Positions 31,890-41,096 of a stretch of DNA of 64,000 nt are shown here, in pieces. This DNA comes from a virus (lineage: Duplodnaviria; Caudoviricetes). The DNA is taken from positions 23,916 through 87,915 of IMG/VR virus record IMGVR_UViG_3300037634_006988; one strand, 5' to 3'. The position numbers were made by a program, and so were the translations under genes. Every line of letters starts with the position of its first letter. The first letter of the stretch is position 1. The notes under the pieces are model-generated. The model had not been told where the DNA came from, did not search any database, and was given only the letters and a program-made list of their open reading frames with translations.

Positions 31890-32576
31890 TTATTTATATC
31901 CAAACTTAATTTGATATTTTTCAAGTTTATTAAAAAATTTTTTCACATCTACTGGATATGTTTTATAAAAACCACCATAAATTTCATATATATTTTTATA
32001 TAAACATATTTGATTTTTATCTATACCATTATGTTTGTAGCGTTCATGGGTTTGTGGTTGTCGGTATCTATTAGTAAATTTTTTCATATTTTTTACAAAT
32101 TCTATATTTATAAATTTACATACTCGTTGTATTGTTTCGTCAAAATTTAATATAACATCCTCCATCTTAACAAGCAGAATTCTATCTGGAAAAGTTGAGA
32201 TTAAATGATTATACACTTGAAACATCCACTCTAAATCCTTTAAGCACCCCTCCGGCGTAGCATCATCGGCCAGTGAAGAAACGTCGTTGCCGGGTTGCCC
32301 TCTGTATATTTTAGATAAAGAACAATCTCTCAAATCTCTTATTGTCCACAATATTTTTAAATCTTTGTTTAAGTTCATAACCGAATCAACACTCTCCAAA
32401 TTGTTGATGTAGGTTGTATCACACTTGCTCAAGTACGAAGTGTGTAACAACTCTGATTTTCTAAAAATTTGTTTATCTTCGGGCTGATAAGTAGCATCTA
32501 ATTTATAAGACCCCCTCAAGATTTCCAACAACATATTTGTTCCAGTTCTTCCACAACTTAGTATTAACACACTCAC
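31890..32576 (-). CDS. Sulfotransferase-like protein
   Basis: 5'-PSB loop [10 protein letters not shown], 3'-PB IRDLRD, and VKMEDV...F. Confidence 0.65.
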   Translation of the reverse strand: MSVLILSCGRTGTNMLLEILRGSYKLDATYQPEDKQIFRKSELLHTSYLSKCDTTYINNLESVDSVMNLNKDLKILWTIRDLRDCSLSKIYRGQPGNDVSSLADDATPEGCLKDLEWMFQVYNHLISTFPDRILLVKMEDVILNFDETIQRVCKFINIEFVKNMKKFTNRYRQPQTHERYKHNGIDKNQICLYKNIYEIYGGFYKTYPVDVKKFFNKLEKYQIKFGYK

Positions 32577-32698
32577 TCGTTATCTCCATACGTTTTTGTG
32601 TTTCCCTGTTCAGAGACTTCATAGTTCTTTGCTAATAAAAAATCAGCCAAATAACTTCCGTCTTGACCGTTTATACCCGTTATTAATGCTTTTTTCAA
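32573..32698 (-). pseudogene. gmd: Truncated GDP-mannose 4,6-dehydratase (5' stub, 41 codons)
   Basis: Manual translation [28 protein letters not shown] matches the Gmd N-terminus, then diverges and stops. SD AAGGA precedes the TTG start. Confidence 0.8.
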
Positions 32699-32757
32699 AA
32701 AATAATCCTTACAATCAATGCCTCATTATCCCACATTTTATATAAAATTTAAAATTT

Positions 32758-33453
32758 TTAATTGCATTCTTTGCAACGCTTCGTTAAATTAAACCCTGTT
32801 TCATCCCAACCCTTGTGGCAATTGTGATGAACATTTCTGGTTAGGGGGTCTAAATTACTTCCCACATCAATAAACGTAATGTTTGGCATTGCTTTAAACC
32901 ACTCTTTAACCAAAACTCGGGCTGTTGGACCTAAAGAGATGCACACCACGTCACCTTCTTGAAAATTCTTGGGAAATGAGTCTAAAACATGATTATAATA
33001 TTTCCAACTGTTCTTGCGCGGAATTAAACCCTTTTTTGCAACCTCTAATCCTATTTTTTTCAACTCATCAACATTCTGGTCGTCACCTCCAACCCACAGC
33101 AGTCTTTTACCCCTTATGGATTGCGGGAAAGTATCCATAAAATATTTCCAATTTTTGTTTGTTGTGACCACTGCGCTAGTTAAATATTGATAATCTCCGA
33201 CCAATTCATGAGCTAACTTATTGTACGAGGGATAACACTGAGAGCACGGAATACCAACATAGTAATTCTCTTGTTTATGTTGTATTGCATCCTTCAAAGC
33301 CACACTCAAAGACTCATCAACAACTTGGTCGCCCCTTGCAACTATAGAACCAATCTGATCTATACCCATCATCTCTCCATCATTGAATCTGGCAAACCCA
33401 AACGGAATATTACTCCTTAAATTATCCAAAAACCAATCCATATTCATTAACAT
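32758..33453 (-). CDS. GT-D fold (DUF1792-like) glycosyltransferase
   Basis: FGFARFNDGE motif and ISLGPTARVL...IDVGS; start moved to the ATG after AAGGAAAG. Confidence 0.6.
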   Translation of the reverse strand: MLMNMDWFLDNLRSNIPFGFARFNDGEMMGIDQIGSIVARGDQVVDESLSVALKDAIQHKQENYYVGIPCSQCYPSYNKLAHELVGDYQYLTSAVVTTNKNWKYFMDTFPQSIRGKRLLWVGGDDQNVDELKKIGLEVAKKGLIPRKNSWKYYNHVLDSFPKNFQEGDVVCISLGPTARVLVKEWFKAMPNITFIDVGSNLDPLTRNVHHNCHKGWDETGFNLTKRCKECN

Positions 33454-33493
33454 CTTGTCTTTCCTTTTTTGTAAAATATAGACAGAATAGTGC

Positions 33494-34825
33494 CTATTGT
33501 ATAACATTCAATATATTTGGAGGAGGCTCGATTGAAGGTGCGGGGGGCTCATCTCGCATATCACCAAAACCACCAACTTGAGATGAGTCTGCTAATCTTT
33601 CGCACAATAACAAATCATACTTGGCTTTAAAATAAGCTTGCTGTGCTCTTAATTCAATATTTGTAAAATGTTCCGTTTCCCAAAACTCATTAGTATACTC
33701 ATCAGCTGTTTCCCAATTTACATTTTTATGTAATCGATGGTCATAAAACGCAGTACCAGGATATGGACACAAAATAGTAAATCCAACCACATCTGGCCTA
33801 ATTTCATCAATTAACTGTTCAGTTAACAATAGATCTTCTCTGGTTTCGTTAGGCATTCCAAACAAAAAGAATCCTCGTCTTTCTATATTGTATTTTTTAG
33901 CCCATGCAAAAGCTTTTTTTACAGTTTTAACCTTTAACCCTTTACCAATATCTTTTAAGATACTATCGCTTCCACTTTCTACTCCCATATTTACTTGATG
34001 GCACTGAGATTTTTTTAACCATTTAAACATTTCTTCAGTAGTAAAACTACAGTGGATTAAGCATTCCCATTCAGTTGTTATACCTCTTTTAATTTTTTCT
34101 TTACAAAATTCAATCACAAAGTCTGGACTAATATCAAAAGTTGCATCAACAAATTTAAAATAATCTAAATCCAATTGTTTTATCACATATTCAATTTCAT
34201 CACAAAGTTCTGAAACTTTTCTCGATCTTATTGGATTATCTCTTTTACTAAATCTACCAGAAATAACTCTTTCTGCGCAAAAAGCACAATTAACTGGGCA
34301 CACTCTGTTACATTGAAATGAGGCGATTCTTTTACCGTTCATAGATTCGCATAAATCTACTGTTCTATAATTCTTAATTATTTCTCTATCTGGCCAAGGC
34401 AATTCTTGCATGGGAGCTTTGGTTCCTTGAATAATAGCATCAGTTTTACCATTAACAATATCTAAAAAAACTTCTTCTCCTTCTCCAATCACAACCTGGT
34501 CAACTTCGTCATATGCAGCGCATTCACATGGCAGAGCAGATACATGAAAACCACCAAATACTTTTCTCGTTTGAGGACTTTTTTCTTTTATAACCTTTGC
34601 TAATCTTAATGCATGAGGCCAAGCAGGGGAAGTGCAAGAAAATCCAACTACATCAGCCCCAATACATGCTTCAATAATAGTTTCATCAGTGTCAAAATTA
34701 CCTTGAAAGCATTTCAGGTCTAATTCTCCTTTAAAATGCTTCTTTAAATAACCAGCAATAAAACCTAATCCAATAGGTTCCCAAATATTTTCATAATATG
34801 GTTGTACTAAAACTACTTTTTTCAT
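33494..34825 (-). CDS. B12-binding radical SAM protein (class B methyltransferase-like)
   Basis: N-terminal cobalamin-binding domain (PIGLGFIAGYL...VGFSC...GGFHVS...GEGE), CPVNCAFC cluster motif, GVESGS and PYPGT. Confidence 0.85.
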   Translation of the reverse strand: MKKVVLVQPYYENIWEPIGLGFIAGYLKKHFKGELDLKCFQGNFDTDETIIEACIGADVVGFSCTSPAWPHALRLAKVIKEKSPQTRKVFGGFHVSALPCECAAYDEVDQVVIGEGEEVFLDIVNGKTDAIIQGTKAPMQELPWPDREIIKNYRTVDLCESMNGKRIASFQCNRVCPVNCAFCAERVISGRFSKRDNPIRSRKVSELCDEIEYVIKQLDLDYFKFVDATFDISPDFVIEFCKEKIKRGITTEWECLIHCSFTTEEMFKWLKKSQCHQVNMGVESGSDSILKDIGKGLKVKTVKKAFAWAKKYNIERRGFFLFGMPNETREDLLLTEQLIDEIRPDVVGFTILCPYPGTAFYDHRLHKNVNWETADEYTNEFWETEHFTNIELRAQQAYFKAKYDLLLCERLADSSQVGGFGDMRDEPPAPSIEPPPNILNVIQ

Positions 34826-35457
34826 CTGTTTGCTTCTGTATATACTTTGTATTTTGATAAATCCTGATATTCGATTTCCAAATCCTCATTATCATCTCCA
34901 ATACCTAGCATCAATACACACCCCTTTGCAGCTATCTCAGGCAACATATAATAATTCCAACCAAGCATATCAAAACTTTCCTCTAAAGCTCCCACTGCAT
35001 GTCTTCCAAAATATCTTGCTCGCTTTAACCATTCACACGCCTGTTTATCATCAGTTAAAATCATCCCACCTTTTCCTAATTTTAAAAACTTATGAACTCC
35101 GCTAAAAGATAAACACTGAAGTTGCCCAAGAATATACATATTTTTCTTAAAAGTCAAAGCACTATCCCAAATGGGAAATGGTTCTAATTTATATTGGCCT
35201 TTTAATTTTTTTCCTTTTATTGCCGGATGTTCATTGTTAAACTTAACTTTATTGCCAGCATGTATTATGGCACATGGGACTGACATATATGTTCTAGCAG
35301 GAATGGTAATCTCTTCATTATCTAATTGAAGATATTTCATACACAAAAATAATGCATTGGTTGCATTATCAACAGCAATTGCATATTTCGCTCCACAATA
35401 TTCTGCTATAATTTCTTCAAACGTGTTTACTACTGTAAAAGCATGATCATGTTTCAT
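34822..35457 (-). CDS. Short DegT/DnrJ/EryC1/StrS-family PLP-dependent aminotransferase (211 aa)
   Basis: AKYAIAVDNATNALFL, WDSA and SFSGVHKFLKLGKGGMI (PLP lysine loop). Confidence 0.75.
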   Translation of the reverse strand: MKHDHAFTVVNTFEEIIAEYCGAKYAIAVDNATNALFLCMKYLQLDNEEITIPARTYMSVPCAIIHAGNKVKFNNEHPAIKGKKLKGQYKLEPFPIWDSALTFKKNMYILGQLQCLSFSGVHKFLKLGKGGMILTDDKQACEWLKRARYFGRHAVGALEESFDMLGWNYYMLPEIAAKGCVLMLGIGDDNEDLEIEYQDLSKYKVYTEANR

Positions 35458-35469
35458 TTAATTTTCCTC

Positions 35470-35544
35470 CTAAATTCCATTGGAATATAATCTATTATAA
35501 TCTAATGTGAATTGCTCTAATTTGTTTTTTACACCTAATTTCAT
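35470..35544 (-). pseudogene. 24-codon relic resembling the C-terminus of the GT8-like gene
   Basis: MKLGVKNKLEQFTLDYNRLYSNGI versus SKLEQAKLDHARWYE at the end of 31173-31880. Confidence 0.45.
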
Positions 35545-36272
35545 CTTTTATATTTTTCTTTGGGAACACAAAAATATTCAGCAAAACTGGTAAATTCTTT
35601 GCAGCGACTGCCCGATTCATCAAAAACAGCATATTCTAATTCTGTAAACTTATTAAAATCAAAACCTCCATCTTCTATTTTCACAAAACCTGGATAACCT
35701 TTATGCTTACTTTCTCCTTCAATCCAAGCTCCTGGGTGATATCCAATTTGCCATATAGGTCTAGTATTTTCGAGAAGATTAGTCATTCCATGCAACGCTA
35801 CAGTTTCCATGCCTTCAATATCCATTTTTATCAAATCCGGCTTCTTCAAAGAGTGTTCAGCTATATAATCATCCAAACGAATATATTCAATGTTTCTAGG
35901 TTCAGCAGGAGTGTCAGTGCAATCATTAAATTTGGTAAAAACAGTTTCATTTTTATTGCTAACTGCAAGAGGTAAAACGGTAATATTATAGGGTTTTGAA
36001 TTTATGATATTCCTGTCGTAATTATCAGGAAAACCTTCGAAAGCAATTACCTCCATTCCCTCTAATGACATTGGAATGGCATAAGTCCCGATATAAGAAC
36101 CAATATCATATACAATACTGTTTGGTTTCAACAATCTAACGACTTTTTTAAAATTATGATCTGGTCGATTAAATAAAGTTCCTTTGAGAATAAATTTATC
36201 CATATTCCAACCAGAAGTTAATAAATTATAAAATTTTATTGTGTGTTCCTTGTATTTAATTTCTTTATCCAT
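35541..36272 (-). CDS. FkbM-family SAM-dependent methyltransferase
   Basis: YDIGSYIG, AFEG and LIKMDIEGME motifs. Confidence 0.85.
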   Translation of the reverse strand: MDKEIKYKEHTIKFYNLLTSGWNMDKFILKGTLFNRPDHNFKKVVRLLKPNSIVYDIGSYIGTYAIPMSLEGMEVIAFEGFPDNYDRNIINSKPYNITVLPLAVSNKNETVFTKFNDCTDTPAEPRNIEYIRLDDYIAEHSLKKPDLIKMDIEGMETVALHGMTNLLENTRPIWQIGYHPGAWIEGESKHKGYPGFVKIEDGGFDFNKFTELEYAVFDESGSRCKEFTSFAEYFCVPKEKYKR

Positions 36273-36380
36273 TAGGTTTTTCCTTTTGTGAGTTAATTTT
36301 GGTATTAATATGTTCTATTACTACATCTACATTCATTGCACCTAGTCCAAGGGAATTTCTTTTAATAATCTCTTCTTGTT

Positions 36381-37355
36381 TTATTTTGGGGCGGCCCCTA
36401 CCGTAAAATAAAAATCTTGATGCTTCTGTAAATTATTTAAATACGATTCATATCTTGTCGCATTAGTAATAATATTAAAAAACTCATTAAACATAAGTTC
36501 AAAATGATTCATCGCTTTAATATTAATCTTCCTCTCCTCTCCGATCGATGATGTTAAAACAATAGTTGTTTCTAGATTATCATGCTTAGAAAAAAATCTG
36601 TCAGCCCTTATTCTGTATTTTTCAGTCCAAATGTCTATCTCATTTCTATAACTTCTTCCCATTCCCCAATCCAAAAATGCAAATTCACCTGTTTTGAATT
36701 TAACAACACAATTTCCTTCAGTATCAACTTCATATTTTGACGATTGAATAATATTTGAATTTATACTTTCATAATCGTTGCCCAATAATAATGAGGTGGT
36801 TTTTATCAAATAACATGCGACATCAAGAAACGCGCCGCCTCCTAAAGATTTTTGATATCTAATATTATCAGCATTTAAATGTGGATAACCAAAGCGAGCA
36901 GTTAAAGTTCGAATCTTGCCAACATTAAATTTATCCAATATATTTTTTAATTCACAATATTGATCATGGTATTCAAACATAAATGATTCAAAAATACATT
37001 TATTCACTTTTAATGCTTGAGATTTAAGCGTAAGGAAATCATTATAATTTGTAACCAGTGGTTTTTCACATATAACATGTTTATGGTTAGCTAAAGCCTC
37101 ATAATTATATTTGAAATGACTATTGTTGGGCGACGAGATATATACACATTCTACACATTCATCTTCCAGGGCATCTTTGTAACTTTCATAAATATGATAA
37201 TCATCTGTATTATAATTTCGTATTTTCTCGGGGGTCCGAAAATACAACCCTATAATTGTAAAATAGGGAGAAAGTTCTAATGCAGGAATAATATTCCGTA
37301 ATGCATGTTCACCAACAAAAATTAATGCAATTTTAATTTTATCAAACGTGGGCAA
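36381..37355 (-). CDS. Gfo/Idh/MocA oxidoreductase (probable NDP-sugar 3-ketoreductase)
   Basis: KHVICEKP and GGGAFLDVACY motifs; coupled to a 2,3-dehydratase gene. Confidence 0.85.
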   Translation of the reverse strand: MPTFDKIKIALIFVGEHALRNIIPALELSPYFTIIGLYFRTPEKIRNYNTDDYHIYESYKDALEDECVECVYISSPNNSHFKYNYEALANHKHVICEKPLVTNYNDFLTLKSQALKVNKCIFESFMFEYHDQYCELKNILDKFNVGKIRTLTARFGYPHLNADNIRYQKSLGGGAFLDVACYLIKTTSLLLGNDYESINSNIIQSSKYEVDTEGNCVVKFKTGEFAFLDWGMGRSYRNEIDIWTEKYRIRADRFFSKHDNLETTIVLTSSIGEERKINIKAMNHFELMFNEFFNIITNATRYESYLNNLQKHQDFYFTVGAAPK

Positions 37356-38124
37356 GAATACCCCTTATATGCGGATTTATCCAAGCATCTTCTCGCATTA
37401 AATGTTTAATTTGATAAAGACTAGCCCAAACAAAATTATCAGTAGGCAATTTTATTTTATGTGATTCGGGCAACTCTATTAAAATACCCCGATTTCTTTT
37501 GTTATATAATCTTCCTCCGTCTTCTGCCATCCACGCATCAAACAATACCTTAGAACCTTTCACAAAATTATCTTTATCAAAATATTCAGTAAAATATGGT
37601 TTTCTTCCGCGATGACTTTGGTTTAAATTGGCAAATGTAGCTTGAATGGTCGGGCTCAGTTGCACATGACCATAATTTCCTGGCTCTGTTTTTGCCTCGC
37701 ATAAATAGTGAGGAACACCATCAAATCTTTTTCGTATAATACCAAGAATGCCTCCATCATATCCCACTTGCTCTACAATGGGTTGATCCCATCCATTATT
37801 GACTTCGCGACTTTTTATACTCACTTTCAATCCTCGTACTATAAAAAAATCATTGGAAAAGTGAGAAATATTTCCTGTTTTTGGGTCTATCGACCAATCT
37901 TTTAGTTTATTAATTCCCACTTCTTCTAGCTGCATAGTCGAAGAATTTCTTTTAGTTTCAAACCACTCTTTTAATTCTGCAAGCGTATAAAACAAAGACC
38001 AATCATTTAAAGCTTCAAAAGAAGCTTCTAAAGAATGTTCATAATTATTAGAGAAAGAAAGTGAACGAAAAAATGTTTTGTAATTTTCATAATCATTGAT
38101 ATATTTAACACTTTTGTTGTTCAT
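37342..38124 (-). CDS. NDP-hexose 2,3-dehydratase (single-domain, 260 aa)
   Basis: WDQPI...GILG...HYLCEAKTEPGN...QLSPTIQAT...EDGGRLYNKRN are conserved motifs of this family. Confidence 0.85.
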   Translation of the reverse strand: MNNKSVKYINDYENYKTFFRSLSFSNNYEHSLEASFEALNDWSLFYTLAELKEWFETKRNSSTMQLEEVGINKLKDWSIDPKTGNISHFSNDFFIVRGLKVSIKSREVNNGWDQPIVEQVGYDGGILGIIRKRFDGVPHYLCEAKTEPGNYGHVQLSPTIQATFANLNQSHRGRKPYFTEYFDKDNFVKGSKVLFDAWMAEDGGRLYNKRNRGILIELPESHKIKLPTDNFVWASLYQIKHLMREDAWINPHIRGILAHV

Positions 38125-38357
38125 TCATTGCCCCTTTCAGGAAACACCTCAATGCATAATACATTTATATCATGAATCAAAATGTGGCTGCCATTTAACA
38201 ATTCGAAATGAGTAAATTGTCCTTGGCTAAGAGTGGAAGTAATAACTCCATTAAATGTTCGTTTACTTCCGTCCTTAAAATGAATAATTTGTGTTACAAT
38301 ATCGCCAACATCTTTAACAGAAGATTGCAAATCTATTTTTTTATCATATGCTGGCAT
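38121..38357 (-). CDS. Hypothetical protein (78 aa)
   Basis: Translationally coupled on both sides. Confidence 0.55.
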   Translation of the reverse strand: MPAYDKKIDLQSSVKDVGDIVTQIIHFKDGSKRTFNGVITSTLSQGQFTHFELLNGSHILIHDINVLCIEVFPERGNE

Positions 38358-38752
38358 TAGTCCCCCTTTATAATTCTATATGAATCTTCATCAAAGTGTT
38401 GAGTCGAAAACTCAAAAAGCTCTGTATCTTCTAAAGCAATGATTTGGTGAACGCGGCCGGGAGGAACATGAAAATTATCGCCCTTTTCGAGAACTCGTCT
38501 CCCAGATGGACCTCGATGATGGACCACATCATTCCCAGCGGCTTTTGCTGTTTCCAAGTCGTCTGTCCACACAACCTTTATTTTGCCCGACTGAACATAA
38601 AAAACTTCATCTTTAAGTTTGTGATAGTGGAACGAACAACGTTTTCCTTTCGCGAAATAAAGTAGTTTTCCACAATATTTCTCACTATTGCAAATCCATT
38701 TTTCAAAGCCCCAGCCTTTGGAAACAAATTTAATCGGTATAGAAGTCTGCAT
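38357..38752 (-). CDS. Cupin-fold sugar isomerase-like protein
   Basis: KGWGFEKWI...CSFHYHKLKDEVFYVQSG...FHVPPGRVHQ...EFST. Confidence 0.8.
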   Translation of the reverse strand: MQTSIPIKFVSKGWGFEKWICNSEKYCGKLLYFAKGKRCSFHYHKLKDEVFYVQSGKIKVVWTDDLETAKAAGNDVVHHRGPSGRRVLEKGDNFHVPPGRVHQIIALEDTELFEFSTQHFDEDSYRIIKGD

Positions 38753-39050
38753 CTTTCATCCCCTTATCATCAACATAGATATCGCCATTAGGTTTTCCCA
38801 AAAATAATTTATGATGTTTTACATTCCAATCGCAAAGCTGTTTTTTTGTAAGTTCATAAAAAAGTCTATATGCTTGCGAAATATTATTATTCGTGCGACC
38901 CATGCCTCTCGCAGTATAGTATATCACAGTATGTCCATCATTATAAAGAGAATTGTTTTTGTCAATTCTACCACGAAAAGGTTTTGCATCATTATAATCA
39001 CCATTTGTGTGACTACAAATTGTTCCGTCTATATCAAATACATATACCAT
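38730..39050 (-). CDS. HAD-superfamily phosphatase (capsule-biosynthesis type)
   Basis: FDIDGT (motif I), YTARG, and GKP...YVDDK. Confidence 0.8.
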   Translation of the reverse strand: MVYVFDIDGTICSHTNGDYNDAKPFRGRIDKNNSLYNDGHTVIYYTARGMGRTNNNISQAYRLFYELTKKQLCDWNVKHHKLFLGKPNGDIYVDDKGMKDADFYTD

Positions 39051-39819
39051 CTAAATCCTCCAATTTTATCGCGTAAGTCCCAAATTTTTGAACTACAACA
39101 CCACCACATTCATTAGCAAACTTAATAGAACGCTCCATATCACCTGTCATCAAATAGGCATATGCCAACGCCGCCAAGAATGTATCTCCAGCCCCACAAA
39201 CGTCAAAAATTTCCACTTTTTTCGTTGGAAACCTTTCTTCCTTATACAAGACCCCCTCCTCACCCAACGTCACAATTAATTCACAATTTAGGGGAAAAAA
39301 TGATGCTTCCTGATATTCTTTATTATTGATTTTCAGAATACAATTTTCATAACATGATAAATCCTTCTTCTTGCTATCAACAAAAACCGGCAAATCTCCT
39401 GCTTTGGATAAAATACGCTTTATAATGTGAGCATCTAAAAGACCTTTGTCATAGTCAGAAATTACAATAGCGTTATATAACGCAAAATCAATAGAATTTA
39501 ATGCCTCTTCGGACAAAACTTTCAATAACTGTTCTTCGCCCGAATCCACACGCAAAAGGTGTTGACGAGATTTAGTATCAATATAGCGAGACTTAATTAT
39601 TGTTTTGTCGTTGGTGAGAAGTCCAACGGAAACATTGAGCCCCTCAAGGTTTGTTTTTACATTAAAAGCCATTCCTCCACTTTTTTCGGTTTTTAAAACC
39701 TTAAAAACTGGAACTGGGGCTTCTGGACTCATGCGGTCGCATGAACCATAGTGATAATGATCAACGCAAGAATCACCTATGAGAAGAATCTTTAAGTATT
39801 TGGGTTGTTGAGTATCCAT
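39034..39819 (-). CDS. rfaE1: D-glycero-beta-D-manno-heptose-7-phosphate kinase (HldE kinase domain, PfkB family)
   Basis: RMSPEAPVPV, GGMAFNV, ISDYDKG and DVCGAGDTF motifs. Confidence 0.85.
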   Translation of the reverse strand: MDTQQPKYLKILLIGDSCVDHYHYGSCDRMSPEAPVPVFKVLKTEKSGGMAFNVKTNLEGLNVSVGLLTNDKTIIKSRYIDTKSRQHLLRVDSGEEQLLKVLSEEALNSIDFALYNAIVISDYDKGLLDAHIIKRILSKAGDLPVFVDSKKKDLSCYENCILKINNKEYQEASFFPLNCELIVTLGEEGVLYKEERFPTKKVEIFDVCGAGDTFLAALAYAYLMTGDMERSIKFANECGGVVVQKFGTYAIKLEDLDGICI

Positions 39820-40177
39820 TGATTCTTTCAAAAAATCTAACCTCTTTCGCATATTGCTCACCAACAATTGTTTTTCGTTGCCAATCAGAACCAACTATCA
39901 TAATATCTGGTGAAACTTTTTTGACAAGCATTTCAAGACCAAATGCATTGTTGAAGCTATAAACCTTATCTACATATCTCAAAGCTTTGAGAGTTTCCAT
40001 TCTATCTTCTAGTTTGTTATATGGCCGGTCATCACCTTTATCGCACTTTACTTTTGCGTCCGAATCAACACCAACAATCAAAATGTTTCCCAATGAAGCG
40101 GCATATTTAAAAAGTTCAATATGTCCACGATGAAGAACATCAAAACATCCATTAGTAAAAACAGTTATTTTTGACAA
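39773..40177 (-). CDS. rfaE2: Heptose-1-phosphate adenylyltransferase (HldE nucleotidyltransferase domain)
   Basis: FTNGCFDVLHRGH, GVDSD...RP...R and GYSTT motifs. Confidence 0.85.
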   Translation of the reverse strand: MSKITVFTNGCFDVLHRGHIELFKYAASLGNILIVGVDSDAKVKCDKGDDRPYNKLEDRMETLKALRYVDKVYSFNNAFGLEMLVKKVSPDIMIVGSDWQRKTIVGEQYAKEVRFFERINGYSTTQILKDSSHR

Positions 40178-41088
40178 TTTTCTAACACCTTAACATATTT
40201 TTCTATGCCCGCTTCCAAAGCAATGAATGGAAATCTATATCCGGCCATTTTAAGACGCAATAGTTTGGCTCTTGTATAAGTTTGATAATTTTCTGCTAAA
40301 TCTGATGGCATCTTTTTATACATTATATCAAATTTATAGTATTTTTTTAATTCTTCTACAATTTGCATGAATGAGTGTGTTTCACCCGTTCCACAATTAA
40401 AAATTCCACTCAATTTGCGCTGGTGAAAGAAGAATAGATTAAGATTTATAACGTCCTCAATATAAACGAAGTCACGAACAAACTTATCACTTCCCTCAAA
40501 CGGTCTTACAATGCCATCATCTTTAATTTGATTAAAAAACTGAAAAATAGTAGAAGCCATCTTTCCTTTGTTCTGTTCACCAGGACCATAAACATTAAAA
40601 TACCTTAATCCAACCACTTGAGATTGAGGTTCAAAACACCTGACATAATCATCAAAAAGAAGTTTAGAACGCCCATAAACATTAAGAGGGTTTTCATATT
40701 CACGCGATTCATCCCAAAGGCCATCTGAATGATTTCCGTAAACTGCGGCAGATGAAGCATATATTAACCTAACCTTACTTCTATAGCAAAAATCAAACAA
40801 AGCTTTACTATAATCAAAATTCTTATACATCATATCAACACTATCATAATTCATAGTGTTGGTGCAGGCACCTTGGTGATAAATGATGTCACCCTCACTC
40901 AAAGAATCTAAATTTTGAATAAAGTCTTGATAATCGACGAATTCTTTTACATAAGGTGCCAATTCGTGCTTTGATTGAATGATTTTACCGCGCTGGTCAA
41001 CAACACAAATTTCATCAAAACCCAATTTACTTATTTTCTTGACTAAGTTGCTTCCAATAAATCCACAACCACCAGTAACAACAATCAT
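40165..41088 (-). CDS. hldD: ADP-L-glycero-D-manno-heptose 6-epimerase
   Basis: MIVVTGGCGFIGSN, HQGACTNT, YASSAAVYG, PLNVYGRSK, RYFNVYGPGEQNKGKMAS and RDFVYIEDV. Confidence 0.9.
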   Translation of the reverse strand: MIVVTGGCGFIGSNLVKKISKLGFDEICVVDQRGKIIQSKHELAPYVKEFVDYQDFIQNLDSLSEGDIIYHQGACTNTMNYDSVDMMYKNFDYSKALFDFCYRSKVRLIYASSAAVYGNHSDGLWDESREYENPLNVYGRSKLLFDDYVRCFEPQSQVVGLRYFNVYGPGEQNKGKMASTIFQFFNQIKDDGIVRPFEGSDKFVRDFVYIEDVINLNLFFFHQRKLSGIFNCGTGETHSFMQIVEELKKYYKFDIMYKKMPSDLAENYQTYTRAKLLRLKMAGYRFPFIALEAGIEKYVKVLENCQK

Positions 41089-41096
41089 GTTTTCCC

